A stretch of DNA of 63,622 bases, filler included, from Squatina squatina (Eukaryota), in NCBI GenBank assembly GCA_031763465.1. It is 4 parts of 4 records of this genome, joined end to end, with 100 filler letters (N's around TTAATTAATTAA, not from the genome) between each part and the next. Parts side by side here need not be neighbours in the genome. Positions count along the whole stretch, not along the records: positions 18,133 to 32,146 come from JARFOE010000194.1; positions 32,247 to 47,003 come from JARFOE010000013.1; 2 more parts are not named here. One strand, 5' to 3'. The notes under the pieces are model-generated. The model had not been told where the DNA came from, did no database searches, and saw nothing but the letters and a program-made list of their open reading frames with translations. Position numbers and translations under genes: made by a program. The number at the start of each line of letters is the position of its first letter. Positions within the stretch are counted from its first letter, which is position 1. This document shows positions 22,506 through 36,838 of the stretch, one piece after another.

Positions 22506-24857
22506 ATGTTGTAATATAGTTTTTGTAAAGATCTGTGACCTGTTAGAGATTAAATAAAGCCACTNNNNNNNNNNNNNNNNNNNNNNNNNNNNNNNNNNNN
22601 NNNNNNNNNNNNNNNNNNNNNNNNNNNNNNNNNNNNNNNNNNNNNNNNNNNNNNNNNNNNNNNNACAGCACCATTCCACCACCCATGTGCAGAGAAAATG
22701 TGCATACCACAGTCATAAATGATCTATTTAAAGTACTGTAGAACCACCCAGCTCAGCCTGTTTTCTTATGGCCCACTGAGGCAGAATAATACCTAGCTGA
22801 CCGTACAAATCAGCTTCCTTCTCAAAGAACAAAACCAGTGTATCCTTCCTGACAGAGTACCAGCTTTCCTGATGCAACCTTCAATTTAGTTACAAAATAA
22901 GAAAGGATGCTTGAAAGACTGATACGCCAATAATTACTGGGATCAGTAAACATAGCTGTTCGGTACACGTGGTTGGTTCAGTCCTCAAAATAAAAATGTT
23001 CTCGGCCAATTAAAGTTGCTTTTAACTGTGGCCTAATCGGTGGTTGCGCCAATCAATCACATAGTCTTTTCTAAAGAAGTTATCCTGTCATTTTTCTGTA
23101 GCCGTACTTTACAGAATAAGAACGTATGCTCTTTACAATAATCTAGGAGAATGACGTAGCCAGCCCCTTACTGTTCCTATTAGACAGCATAATAAAGAAA
23201 GGTGGTGTCACTCACAATGAATAACACCAGAGAATAACTTGATCCAATTTCTAACTATGTCCAGAACTGGTTTCAGAGCCCAGAGTTAACAACTGTCAGA
23301 AGGACGTGGAGGTCCCTTCAAGTTGANNNNNNNNNNNNNNNNNNNNNNNNNNNNNNNNNNNNNNNNNNNNNNNNNNNNNNNNNNNNNNNNNNNNNNNNNN
23401 NNNNNNNNNNNNNNNNNNNNNNNNNNACACCAGATTTATGGAGATTTTAAAACTGGTGTTTTCTTTCCTCCGTTATTGCACTTACTTATGCAGAATATAA
23501 AGAAGTTTATTTTTTTAATCTGTTGAAAAAATATGTTTAACTTAAATTTAGATACAAATTGGGTATTTCCACAACTGGCTTTTTACATTTTTCATTAAAA
23601 CTATAGTCTGAATGTAAATTATATTGTGCTTGTTTTCTCTGGAGTGCCTTGAGGCAGTTTTCAAAGTTAGAGGTGGTATATAAAGACAAATTGTTATATC
23701 ATTTCCTCGAATCAGTTTTTGAGCATTGCTCAATAGACTTGCAGTATTAAATCACGTTCATCCTTCAGTATAGAATAACATGGATGCACAACCTAGAGTA
23801 TAATGATCATTAATGTTCTCCTTGACACATGCCACCAGTAAAAATGCTAAAGAACAAAGGATGAAATCAAACTGCCCTGTGAACTTCACAGTATGTATAT
23901 ATTGTACAAACGTCACATACACGCAAAAGCGATTACTGCACAATCATTTTAGCTTGAGAAAATTGCTGCAAACACTTCAGTGTTGCTCGAGGTTTATGGT
24001 GTGATTATTCAGTCTCGTAATCACCCTCAACCACTTAGTTTGTTCTCTCTTTTCCCCATCAGTCTAAATTATGAGTCAAAATTATAATTTGGCAGCTGGA
24101 AATGCTATTTCACAACTGATAATAGAAAACAATGTACAGACTGAGTGACGGAACAGCTTTTCAGTTTCAAACGCCACATGACGAGCATGACATACTGTGA
24201 TTGGCCATGTCTGAAGTACTTGGCCTGGCATCTAAATACTGGAGTGCAGCTAGCCTGGGTCTGCTGGCACAGCTTCTTTTGGGACTAGGAGCCTTCACCA
24301 CCAGCATTACATCTGCCAACGTGAGGTCTTTTCACCTCTTCCTGCAGATGTGGGTGTGTCAGTACAGCCGAAAGGACACAGAGCACCACTCAGGCAGCCT
24401 GACTTGCCTGGCATTCTTCCATAGTCCTTCCTCTTCTTCCAAACACATCAGCTTGTTGATAAACACATTGATGCCAGAAAAAGGAGATGGGGCAACAAAA
24501 AATAAAGAAGAATTAATGACAACTGGCAAAAATAACGGTAATGAAAGCCTACTTGCCAGCAGAAAAGAAAGAAGGAAACAATGATTAAAAAGGCCCCCAA
24601 ATAGCCTAAAATACACTTGCCTGAAATACTTAAATGCTTTCCCCCTGAAAGCCCACCACAAGCCATCCTTTCAACCAGGTTTTGTAGGCATGCTTTAAGC
24701 TTGACGTTCAGCCACCTACCAGCCAGAAAATAGGCCAGGGGTCTTTCATGCCTGATTNNNNNNNNNNNNNNNNNNNNNNNNNNNNNNNNNNNNNNNNNNN
24801 NNNNNNNNNNNNNNNNNNNNNNNNNNNNNNNNNNNNNNNNNNNNNNNNNNNNNNNNN

Positions 24858-25256
24858 GCAGTTCCAGGAGCCAGATGGAAAGAGAGAAGCTGCAAGCAAA
24901 TCTACGGGGCAATCGTGGTGAGCATATTGCCTGCACCTACACTTATCCACAAGATCACTTAGCTGTTTAAGGGCTGACTGTAGGTCCCAACCAAACCATA
25001 GGGGTTTAGTCTGGGGATCCTGCAATAGTGTAATTCACGGGAGGGTTTTCTACTAGGCTGTGGTAACATAGGGCACGGTGGGGCTTGTTGGACAAGCCAG
25101 TGTCGAGTCGATCTCAGATTTCAGGCAGTATTGCAAGCTCTGTTGTAGTGTAAATAAAACATAACGGTTGAGCCTGAAAACCTGTGTCCATGTCTGATCT
25201 GTCCACATAATCCCTATCGGCCAGAACTTGTAGTACGCCCGAGAAAACTACTTACA
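24858..25256 (+). mobile_element. Possible 3' part of a solo LTR
   Basis: Composition shifts at the boundary, AATAAA occurs at about 25153, and the segment ends ...CTACTTACA. The 5' end is lost in a gap, so no TSD can be checked. Confidence 0.3.
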
Positions 25257-28200
25257 CCATGCATCATTTTATGTTTCCTCTGCCTACCAGTCCAGTTCAG
25301 TGTGTTTGCCAATGCGGATGTGTAACTGCACATTTATATTCTACACTTGACATTTTTAAGTATCATGAATTGTGGGCTGCATTTTTTCAGACACAAGGCA
25401 AGCCATTACACTTCTGGAACCAATGCTGATGGGAGACCAGGAGCAACCTTTTCATCTGTAAACTGCTTTCCTGGCCTTCCTCAGCTCTTCCAGCAATTTT
25501 TATGCTGTGAACGTGATTAAATCTGCAATTTTGTGTTATTGAATTGAATCAAATTCATTTATTTTTTAGCTAAAGCTAAGCATCAAATGATCTGCAAAAC
25601 AAATATTGAAGGTAGTTTATGAGTGGTCAAACCTGGAGCAAAAACTGATCAGCTGTCACCCAACAGGGACTCAAGCCATGAGCTGAATCGTCACATTTTG
25701 CCTCGAACATCAGCTAAACTGGAACAGTTGTGGGAAACATATGGCACCGACATGGAAGAGAAGCTGCTGTGTTTGTTGAGCGAGACCCTGATCAAAGTGA
25801 TTGATGTTGGATATAATGCACAAATTCACCAACTATGCTTCTGAGAAAAGGATGTACCAGAGCTAAACTCAAAATGGACTAATAAATGACACAAGCAATA
25901 ATATCTGTGCTTCCCTAAGGATTTTGCCTAATATTCCTTGGAACCCATCTTTTGAATCATTTCTTTGGTATGTTAAATATAGGAAGTATACAACAGAAAT
26001 TGTATCTTGCACAGTTTATACTTCATTGGATAACCCACATACAATAATCACTAAGTTTATTAGTACTCAACCATGTCCAATATAGCCTAACACATTAGTA
26101 CTAATGTATTGTATATTTACAAATGCAATGAATAAAAATTATAATTAGTTTAATCTCTAACCTGCAAAAAATTCTGAAAGCGTTCGATCTTGGTCCTTTT
26201 AAGCCTATTGTGTTTCATCATTTCTACCACCTGTATGAAATACAGACCTGAGTTTCCTTCCTCACCTTACTCCAGTGTGCGTCATGCTTTTCTCAAAGAG
26301 ACCAAATTTACTTTGGTTATAACTGGCCATTTTTCCAGGGTCATGTGTTTTAAACATGCTGACTGCATGCTAAAGTTATCTGCAGTGAAATCGTGGCTGC
26401 TGGCTGCTGTCAGGTACAGCAGTCAAATGTCCTCCAGCACGGAAAAGGAGTTCTGCCGCACCAGACAAATTGGAAGACTTACCTTTCTGCAACTGCCAGG
26501 AGGTCACTGGCAGCTACTTCACAGATCTTTTGATCTGACGAGGCAGCCTGCAATCAAACACTTGGAATCCTTGGGGAGTCATCTGTGCTGGCAGTAGCTG
26601 GGCTGAATCCCCCCCCAAATGCCACAGCAGATATTATGATGTTGATTCCATGCATTGCTTCAGTCTGCTGCCTTTGCCATGCTGAGAATGTGGAGCGGAG
26701 CCCCGATCCTCTGCCGAACACCCTGGGAACTGGCACACAAGGGGCAATGAGCTGAGGAGCATCGGGTCTATGACTTCTTGGGCTAGCTGCCTGTACTTAT
26801 ATATACACTGGTCCCTAGGGAATTCTCTAAATTAGCACCTGATGTTACATATATTGGGTATGGCTCCCATACACTCACTATCAAATGTGTTCTTTGTTTT
26901 AACATGCTTTTTGCATGCATCGAAAAGACTCTTGGCCAGATTTGTCTTTTTCCTTCGCACGAGCAATCTTTTTGTGTTGCCAGCAAGTCATAGACGCTCT
27001 ATAATGAAAATACTTTTTTTAAAATGCTAACACTGTTACTTGAATTGTAAAATTATTGAAATAGTATTACAATGCAAATTTAGTTCTCCTTGCTTTCTCG
27101 TCAGTAGTTATTTTATCAGTACCTGCATCCATCACAAGCCAAGAGAGTGAAGAGACTACACAGGTGCCGCTGCTAATCATGCTAGATGACTGGCACAGAG
27201 GAGGTGTGTAACTGTGGGCTGATGTGATGATAATTTTACCTCCTTCCCTCCTTCTTGAGGTTTTATTTTTGGAAAGACCAGCGGTGGATCTGTGAGGTGC
27301 GAGGCAGCGATGGGAGAGCTTAAATTGAGCAGTGAGGCCCGGGGAGCAGCAGACCAACGATGAGGTGATTGGTGGTGAGTATTTCTATTTCTATTAGGAC
27401 TATTTCTATTAAGTTACAGAAAAGGGTAAGAATTTAGAACTAAAGTTATAATTAATTAAACAGAGTATGATAAATTTACTAAACTAAACAAGTTTATTGC
27501 CTAGATTACTAAATAAAAAACCATAAACAGACAATTNNNNNNNNNNNNNNNNNNNNNNNNNNNNNNNNNNNNNNNNNNNNNNNNNNNNNNNNNNNNNNNN
27601 NNNNNNNNNNNNNNNNNNNNNNNNNNNNNNNNNNNNAAGGTGAAGCTAAATCTTTTCATCATCGACCTTTCCTGGCTTCAGGGTCTCCCTTGCAGAGCAG
27701 CTTCCTCGAGGAGCAGGAGAGCTCCTGCGGGCTCCACAAAAACACCCTACCCCCACCCCGCCACCACTCCCCCTGGACCTACCTCTTTCCCCAGATATTG
27801 TGGAGGCCTAGAGCTGGAAAGCTGCCTCAGGACACAAGTTTATCCTCACAATCTAAAGCTGTATGTTAACGAGGCACTGTTTTCAAAATGGACTCGGCTT
27901 TCCACCAGCACACAGGTCTGATATGTACCATAATATGCAGACAATTCTGCAACAAATAGTGCACAAATGAAAGCTCGTCCCAACCTTCGGAATACTTTGC
28001 ATGTGAACTAGGGGACGTGAAAGTAAGATAGAAATCAGTGTGTTTTATTGTAAATACAAAACTATGCTTTAATTACCACTTATTTCTAAATAAATTGTCT
28101 AATTTTCACAAAATCTTCCCAAATGATACTATCATAACTGCTCTATTATTGCCGCCTGCTTCATCCCATTAATTATAGAACACATCCCCTTCTACACCAA

Positions 28201-30534
28201 ACACTGCAGTGTGGTTCAGCAAGCACCACATCTGCTTTAATGATATTCATTCCTTTGTAAGGAGAAATGAGTCATACAATGTATTCAAATGCAAATAAGC
28301 ACTTGAATACAAATTATATAAATTTGCATTATTTATCATGAAAATATATAAATTTGCATTTTAGTCATCTTTAATGCAGTACAAGTTTTATATGCTTTGT
28401 ACAATCCAGCACTAAGAATAATCACATAACTAGGGGGGGAAAAAAATCACTTCTCAGACCCATTAGACATGATCAAAATTTTAAAAATCCTTCAAAGACA
28501 CTGATGCCCTACATGCTAGAATCTACCTGGGTCTTCTTGTTTCAATTTGTCAGTTATTAACTGGTGATGAGTAGTGTGGTGCTAGCTGGCAGATGCACAA
28601 ATAAGAAAAGGTTAGCATTGATCGTGGCTCTCCATCTATCATGGCTTTTTTTGGAATTTTGATGTACTGTCAGTTCGAGGAACAATCCTCTCGCCAGGTT
28701 TTCGGGTGGCTCTTTTACTGAAAATTAACTGTTCACTTGTTTTCCCTCCTTTCTTTTTCTTCTCCTTTCTTGAACATTCCAACTCAAACTGGCATTCGCT
28801 GCAATATAATACACGGCCTACGTGGTCATATTTCACGTGTGAGCTTACACAGTTACCACTCGCAGGTTATTCAACCATGGGGAGCATGCGTTCATTTGCT
28901 GATTTTCTCCTCACTCACACACTACTGTCCAACTGCTGTCACTGGATAGAAATCAGGAATGGTGAATCTAGCTGATTTTCTCTTGCCCAACTCAAGGGCA
29001 CTGAGATCAATTNNNNNNNNNNNNNNNNNNNNNNNNNNNNNNNNNNNNNNNNNNNNNNNNNNNNNNNNNNNNNNNNNNNNNNNNNNNNNNNNNNNNNNNN
29101 NNNNNNNNNNNNAAATGTGATTCACTTCTCTGAACATCCTGACAACATCGTTCACCGTCTGAAGTTCATCCCTCTATGCCAATCTAGGACAAACAAGTTA
29201 CTCTATTTTACACCTTCACTATCCCCTGCTTCTCACGCCGATCTAATACGATGAAATTCTTGGTCATTTTTTACCATACCTATGGTGGCCAAACACAACA
29301 ATATCTGAAACAAAGTAGATACTAGTTTTGGCTCAAAAACTAGTTTTCTAGCCACTCTGGTGCCAATGGTGTTTACTGCTTGGCTCCAAATGAGAATACG
29401 TTTTCCTATCAGCAGCAGACCTTTCCAATGCAATCTCCAGAACTTAGAATTTGATTGATTGTTCCATGGTACACAGACTTGGCTATTGTCCTATCAATCA
29501 CAAAGAAAGCTCCACTGCCTGTTCTACTTGTAAGGAAAGGGAGCTGCGTCAGGCAGGCTCGTGCAAGACTGCTTTGTGATGTTGGACTCCTCATTGAAGA
29601 GAAGCTTGGCTCAAGGGATAGGATTTCACTAATGTCTAGCCAATTCAACAATCGTTTTATCTGCTCTTGCCAATATCAATTTCAGCTGAAGCAAAACTGC
29701 AAGCTTTTGTTTATCACAAACCTAAGCTGAGACAGCCTAAAGCCTGACAGAATCAGAATTTTCTTAAAAGCAAATATCTGAGTCAAAACCGGAATCAGAT
29801 GATAATGTAGAAAAATATATTCGTAAACACCTTCTCGCATACAGTTAGTGCTGCTCACCTCAATTTGCAATACCTTACAAAATATATTCAGGTCTGTTGC
29901 ATATTTAGGGTTACTCACCCTCCCGGATTGTCCGGGCGTCTCTACAGATGGAAGATAAATCTCCTGGGCAATTTTGCTAGCAACCTGGGAAANNNNNNNN
30001 NNNNNNNNNNNNNNNNNNNNNNNNNNNNNNNNNNNNNNNNNNNNNNNNNNNNNNNNNNNNNNNNNNNNNNNNNNNNNNNNNNNNNNNNNNNNCCCCCATG
30101 AACACAGTCACACACACATTCAAAGCTAATATAATGTATATATAATAGATACCAGTTGATATTCTGCGGTGTTGCACATATGGACACACATAGAGGTTAC
30201 AACATGAAATACAAGCCATGCGACCCGTACCAGTCCGTGTTAGTGTTCACTCTCCACACGAGCACATCATCCTCAGCACATTTACTCACCCTATTCCTTT
30301 ATCCCTTCAACTGCTTTTCCTTCATACACTTATCCAATCTAATTGTGAATTATTTCTGCCTCAACCAGTAACCCTGGAAGTGAATTCCACAGGCTCACCA
30401 CTCTGTGTATGAAGAGGCTTCTCTTGCTCCATGTTCTAAATCCCTTACAGTTAATCTTGTATCTATTTGGTTTAGACATTCATCTGGCTGAACCGTATCA
30501 AGCATTATCGGGCCCTTCTTTCCTCTGCCAAAAA

Positions 30535-30700
30535 GTGCTTGAGACTGAGTGGGACTGCCCTCGACTTGCTCTGCTCTTGCCTGTCCAGTTGTAGCCAGAG
30601 AATCACCTGCAATGGCTTCTCTTCCTGCCCACATACCATTACCTCTGGAATCTGCTCAGGATTCATCCTTGGCCCCTCCCATTTCTCACCTGCATGCTGC
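30535..30700 (+). mobile_element. L2-clade LINE RT fragment
   Basis: LSGTALDLLCSCLSSCSQRITCNGFSSCPHTITSGICSGFILGP is a decayed version of the ...TSGVPQGSILGP RT motif B region. Confidence 0.7.
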
Positions 30701-31724
30701 CCTTTGGCAACATCAACTGAAGAGAGGCCGTCAGGTTCCACATGTACTCTGACGACACACAGGTGAAATGCACCCCATCTGTTTCAGAGAGAAGCTTACA
30801 CCACTGACCCTGGAGCCAGCCAATATATGGAGTAGGGGAACAGGCTGACAGAAATCATAGTGGAACTGATTTTTGCCAAAATTTCCAGTCTGTTGCAACC
30901 CTATCTGCATCCAAACTTGAGGCTTAACAGTCACAAAAAAGCAACTCCAATCTTGCTTTCCCGATTTCAATTAGGTTAGAAATCTGAACGACAATTTCAA
31001 GCCTATTTTGGCAAACATTGCTCCGATGCTTATCTAAAGAACTGCAGCATCCTCCTGCAAATTAAGCTTTCTTCAGTAATGAAGTATTTAGCAATGAAGT
31101 AATCAGCATCAGTAATGAAGTAAAAGCAAACCTGAAAAGAGAAAACAAGCCTAATGACAATGTCTCCTTCAGAGCTCTTTAACATTTCAAAATTGGCTGT
31201 TTTTTCCAAAACCACTTAATTAGCACTAATTACATAATATCACACCTTGAGTTTTCAGCTAGATGCAAACAAGATGTCAAATGATTTTAAAATTATATTT
31301 CACTCCCGACTTGTGTTAGCTAATAACACTTAAATCAAACTAAAACTAATACTTGTTTTTAGAGGACCCAGGTAAATCAACAATGATTATGGGTTGATTT
31401 TCTGAAAACCGCACTTGCAAGTTCTCTGCCCATACTGTACAGCCCAACAACTTCTAGTCAGATAGGACTTTTGTTGAAGCTTATATTCAAATGAAAGCTC
31501 AGAAATTTTGCTATGATTCATGCTTGAATGCAACATACATTCTGCCTGCCCGCACAAAACTGGTGTTCCAGTTTGCTGGGTTCCTGCTGACAGAACGTCA
31601 GCATTTAGAGAGGGGCTGTTGTTTTAAAGTTCAATTTTGATAGCCTGCGGAACTGGAAGATTGAAGATTTTGTTTGAATTGGGCATTTATTTTGCACCAT
31701 CATCTTTATTTTCAATTTGTTTGT

Positions 31725-32146
31725 GTCAAGAGTTGGCATTGCCATGTTCACCCGTATACTGTACACTATTTGCCTTCTTAGTTGCTTGCTGTACCTGCAT
31801 GTTAACTTTGTGATTGGCGTACAAGGACACCCAAATCTCTCTGCATATCAACATTTACTAGTCTCTCATAACTCACATTTCCCCACATTATACTCCATCT
31901 GCCTCCTTCATGCCCACTCACTTAACCTGTCTATATCCCTTCGCAGCCTCCTTGCATTATCCTCACAGCTTACATTCCCACCGACACCCGGGTCCCCTCA
32001 TCTACCTAAATATAGATTGTAAATAGCTGGGGCACAAGCACTGATCCTTGCGGCACCCCACTACTTAAAACCTGCCAACCTGAAAATAACCAGTTTATTC
32101 CGACTTTTTTTTTGTCTGTTAACCAATCCTTAATCCAAGCTAAAAT
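31725..32146 (-). mobile_element. CR1 LINE RT fragment
   Basis: Minus strand gives the GVPQGSVLVPQLFTIY region at about 32010-32065. Confidence 0.8.
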
Positions 32147-32246
32147 NNNNNNNNNNNNNNNNNNNNNNNNNNNNNNNNNNNNNNNNNNNNTTAATTAATT
32201 AANNNNNNNNNNNNNNNNNNNNNNNNNNNNNNNNNNNNNNNNNNNN
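32147..32246. other. Artificial scaffold linker (44N + TTAATTAATTAA + 44N)
   Basis: 12-mer at 32191-32202. Confidence 0.97.
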
Positions 32247-33282
32247 GATGTTTCATTTTTAATGCAAAACTATGAATGCCTAATGTGCAGTCAAGAGCAT
32301 TGAGCAATCAAACAGTAGTTATGAAAAAGGTTTATGCTGCATATAATGAGGAGGAGATGGAAAGAGTCTACTTAATCAATATGACTATGTTTCAATATTA
32401 ATGTTCTATTTCCATGCTGCTGTTTGATCACCAGCGTCCTTATAAAGGACATTGCCTCAGTTTAGAAACAACAGGACTGCACACTGATCGTCAAATTTGC
32501 AAGTGTTTAATGGAAGTGCTGTATTAAATTTCTGTGTAGCTTATGCAGCATGTGTGAGTGTTGGAGTCTTGAGTGTGATGATGGGGTTCTAAAGCCACTA
32601 CTGTTAACTTTGACAAAATAATATTGATGCCTCTGATTAAGGGTACATTACACAAAGAAAATCTAAGTGATGGTCAACTCAAACTACTTCTGTATTGACT
32701 AGTTTTCATTGTTGATGTGGAAGTTTATTTTCTCCATTTTTCCCCCCTTCGGAAAGCCCTCCTACTTTCTCCATGTGAGGATTATACCACAGACACAACA
32801 TGGCATGTAGATGATCAAGCTGTAGAATATTCTAAAATTGTCTTGCACTTGAATTACTGCACTGGTTCTGTTTTCTCTGATTTATTTGCCTTGTAGGACA
32901 AGAAACTGTTTTCCATACTTTTTGATGAGCAGATTAGATTCTTGCAGCTTCAGATGTGCTCTTTGCTAGCTCTTAGGACAATTAGATGCATAGTTTCTAT
33001 GAAGCTTTGATGAATTATTGAGTATCAATTCACAGTAACCAGAGAAACACTGATCACCCCTCCCACAATTTTTCACCTCCTATGGCTGCTTGCCTTCAAA
33101 TAGATGGCAGGGTGGTCCATGCAATAGATTGTGATCTTAGCTGCAGACTGCACAGTTGCAACACTACTCCACAAGAAAAGCAAAAGGCACATGAATTACT
33201 TTTTCTGGCCCTACTTCAGGGAATGCCTGGATATCATGAAGCACTCTACCTAAAAGCCAGCCCAGTCAACAACTGCCTAAAG

Positions 33283-34288
33283 CTTTTAACGAGGTGACTA
33301 AAGTAGTGGACAGGGGAATGTCTATGGATGCTACTTATATGGACTTCCAGAATGCATTTGATAAGATACAGTTATCTAAGGTAGAAGCCCACAGAGTTGA
33401 GGGCAATTTATTGGCATGGTTAGGAAATTGGTTGAGCGGCAGGAGACAAAGGGAGAGAAATTCCCCAGCGCAGTATCAGGAGCATTCGTGTTCCAGGACC
33501 GGGTTTTTTAACACTGGTCCAGGACATCTCGTTCCCGGCGCGGGATTCGGGTTAACGCTTGGACATGAGGCGGAGCGCTGTCCGCCTCATTTCCAGGGCA
33601 TTAATGGAACCCTGAGCCGGGAGCGTCGGGAGCATGGTGCTGATGACATCAGGGCTGCGCTGCCGATGCCAGCACGCTGACATCATCAGTGGCCCCGTCC
33701 CCGGAACTAAAGGGGAGGGCCACTGAGTAGCAAAACGGAGCCCCGATGGCGGCCACTGGGCCATCAGGTACGCCACTGACCGGGCCACCAGCCCGGCATG
33801 CCCGGCAGCGTGCCGGGCAAGCGAATGGCGGCCCAGTTGGGGTGACGGCCACCATCAGTTGGCAGACAAAAAAGCGCTCCGGCCCTCCCCTTTAACAGGT
33901 CGTGGCAAAGACAGCTTCAAGCTGTCATTGCCAATGACAGTTGCCGGCCTCACGTTNNNNNNNNNNACGTTCTGCGGGCGAATTTGACCCGCGGGCGCAC
34001 CCGGGGAACTAAGCGTGTGAGAAGGGGTTGCGGCGCGGCATTGAGGGGTCAGCGGGCCTTTTGATGACATGGTACGCCAATCACTCCTAAAATTCCCCGA
34101 GGAATTTCCCAGCAGGCGAGATGGATGCCTCATCCTGCCCAATTTGGGAGACGCTAACGGTCGTTAAAAAAGGGGAATTTCGGCCCCAAAGAGTAGGGAT
34201 AATTGGCAAGATGTGACTCGTGGTGTCCCACAGGTATCCATGTTGGGGCCTAAACTATTCACAGTATTTACTAATGACTTAGATGATG
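33283..34288 (+). mobile_element. CR1 LINE RT fragment interrupted by a MITE
   Basis: VTKVVDRGMSMDATYMDFQNAFDK...WLSGRRQ runs to 33450 and resumes as RVGI.../VTRGVPQVSMLGPKLF after 34188. Confidence 0.85.
33451..34187. mobile_element. GC/CpG-rich non-autonomous DNA transposon (PIF/Harbinger-like MITE, about 737 bp)
   Basis: TIRs GGGAGAGAAATTCCCC and (reverse complement) GGGGCCGAAATTCCCC. A 3-bp duplication AAA lies at 33448-33450 and 34188-34190. Removing the element restores the host CR1. Confidence 0.8.
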
Positions 34289-35082
34289 NNNNNNNNNNNN
34301 NNNNNNNNNNNNNNNNNNNNNNNNNNNNNNNNNNNNNNNNNNNNNNNNNNNNNNNNNNNNNNNNNNNNNNNNNNNNNNNNNNNNNNNNAAAAAAATTAAA
34401 AATTACTTTAATATGGTACTTAGACTTGAAATGATAAGACTTGTCTTTGTGGCTAGTTTAGTTCATATCTACCACGCAAATACTTCAAGCCATTCAATAT
34501 ATTTCAATGGTGAGGCAGACAGCGAGATGCCGTTTTCGTAAAGTCACTCAGATAGAAACTTTTGGATATTTGTATTTAACTGTGCATCTGCCTCTCGCCT
34601 GAAGTTGCGGTACCATTTGTGCATAAATAACGGCGAGCGCCATTAGTCTCACCATTATTTTGACAGCAAAATCTGGTCCTATATCATGTATTGTGAATTA
34701 TTTGTTAACATGTGTAGGCAAATAAAAAAGCAAGACTGATTGGATAAATTAGTGGGACAGAACAGCTTCTCAGAAACCTGAATTTCAATTTATTAAACAC
34801 TGATGGGATAAAAGTTCTCATTCTGCTGACTCTATTACATTTACAAAATAAATACATTTTAGTCTCAAAGTTCCTTGTGGACATGATTCTACAACATAAA
34901 AAGCTCATAATTTGACAAACTGAATTGTAAATAGCAAGGCCACAAAGTTGGCTCATACAGAATGACTGCTCTGACATGGAGATTATGACAAATTAATAGG
35001 GCAGTTGAAGTAATTTAGCTCTGTATCAAATCTAAACTGATCCCACTGCACCTCTCTCACCCGAACCCTGTATCAATCCTGG

Positions 35083-36838
35083 ACGACACAAATAACCTCC
35101 TGGAAATGCGAGGGAACCAAGGGTTCATTGAGAATGAGGAATTGAAGGAAATTAGTGTTAGTAAAACAATAGTGCTGGATAAATTAATAGGACAGAAAGC
35201 CGATAAATCTACATCCCAGAAAGCTAAAAGAGGTGGCCATGGAAATAGTGGATGCATTGATTGTCATCGTCCAACATTCTATAGATTCTGGGACAGTTCC
35301 TGCTGATTGGAGGGTGGCAAATGTGACCCCCCTATTTCAAAAGGGAGGGAGCAACAGGGAATTAAATCAGTAGTGGCGAAAATGCTAGGATCTATTATGA
35401 AGGATGGAATAACGGGACACTTGGAAAGCATCAACTGGATTAGACAAAGTCAACATGCATTTATGAAAGGGAAATCATGTTTGACAAACCTACTGGAATA
35501 TTTTGAGGATGTAACTAGTAGAACAGATAATGGAGAGCCAGTGGATGTGGTGTCTTTGGATTTTCAGAAGGTTTTTGATAAAGTCCCACATAAGAAGTTG
35601 TTAATATGCAAGATTAAAGCACATGGGATTGGGGGTAATATACTGGCATGGATTAAGAACTGGTTAACAGACAGGAAACAGAGATTGGGAACAAATGTGT
35701 CATTTTCCGGGTGGCAGGCAGTGACTCGTGGGGTACCGCAAGGCTCAGTGCTTGGGCCACAGCTATTCACAACATATATAAATGTCTTGGATGAGAGAAC
35801 CAAATGCAACATTTCCAAGTTTGCTGACAATACAAAACTGGGTGGGAATGTGAGCTGTGAGGAGAACGTAAAGAGGCTTCAAGGCGATTTAGACAAGTTG
35901 AATGAGTAGGCAAACATATGGCAGATGTAGTATAACGTGGATAAATGTGAAGTTATCCACTTCGTTGTGAAAAACAGAAAGATAATATTATTTAAATGTT
36001 GATATATTGGGAAATGTTGATGTACAAAAGGACCTGGGTGTCCTTGTATACCGTCAATGAAAGCAAACAGGCAAGTGCAGCAGCAGTTAGGAAGGCAAAT
36101 GGTATGTTGGCCTTCATTGCAAGAGGATTTGAGGACAGAAGTCAGGATGTCCTACTGCAGTTATACAGGGCCTTGGTGAGACCAATACTGGAGTATTGCG
36201 TGCGGTTTAGGTCTCTCTACTTAAGAAAGGATCCACTTGCCGTACAGGGAGTGCAGGGAGGGTTCACCAGACTGATACCTGGGATGGCAGAACTGTTGTA
36301 TGAGCAGAGATTGGGTCGACTGAGCCTATATGCACCAGAGTTTATAAGAATGAGAGGAGATCGAATTGAAACTTAAAATTCTGACAGGGCTAGACCGACT
36401 AGATGCAGGGAGGGTGTTTCCCCTATTTGGCGAATCCAGGGGACATCCTCTCAGGATTTGGGTAAGCCATTTAGGACTGAGACGAGGAAAATTTCTTCAG
36501 ACAGAGGGTGGTGTACCAGTGGAATTCTCTACCCGGTCCCTGAGCATTTTCAGGAAGGCAATCTACAGNNNNNNNNNNNNNNNNNNNNNNNNNNNNNNNN
36601 NNNNNNNNNNNNNNNNNNNNNNNNNNNNNNNNNNNNNNNNNNNNNNNNNNNNNNNNNNNNNNNNNNNNTACATTCAAAACAGAGATTGATAGATTTCTAG
36701 ATATTAAAGGCATCAAGGGATATGGAGATAGTGCAGGAAAATGGTGTTGAGGTAGAAGATCAGCCATGATCCTATTGAATGGCGGAGCAGGTTCGAGGGG
36801 CCGAGTGGCCTACTCCTGCTCCTATTTCTTATGTTCTA
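35083..36838 (+). mobile_element. CR1 LINE, RT domain to 3' tail, frameshifted; the part after the 100-N gap may be another copy
   Basis: QHAFMKGKSCLTNLLEYFEDVT, SLDFQKVFDKVPH, GVPQGSVLGP, FADNTKL (catalytic DD changed to DN), LYRALVRPILEYC; terminal CCTATTTCTTATGTTCT. Confidence 0.95.

Noticed and set aside
24200-24480. ORF 24201-24584, or a Harbinger Myb/SANT gene remnant on the minus strand (CRKR*KDL)
   Set aside because: The plus-strand ORF has no recognisable homology or splice signals. The minus-strand motif is too short and decayed to call.
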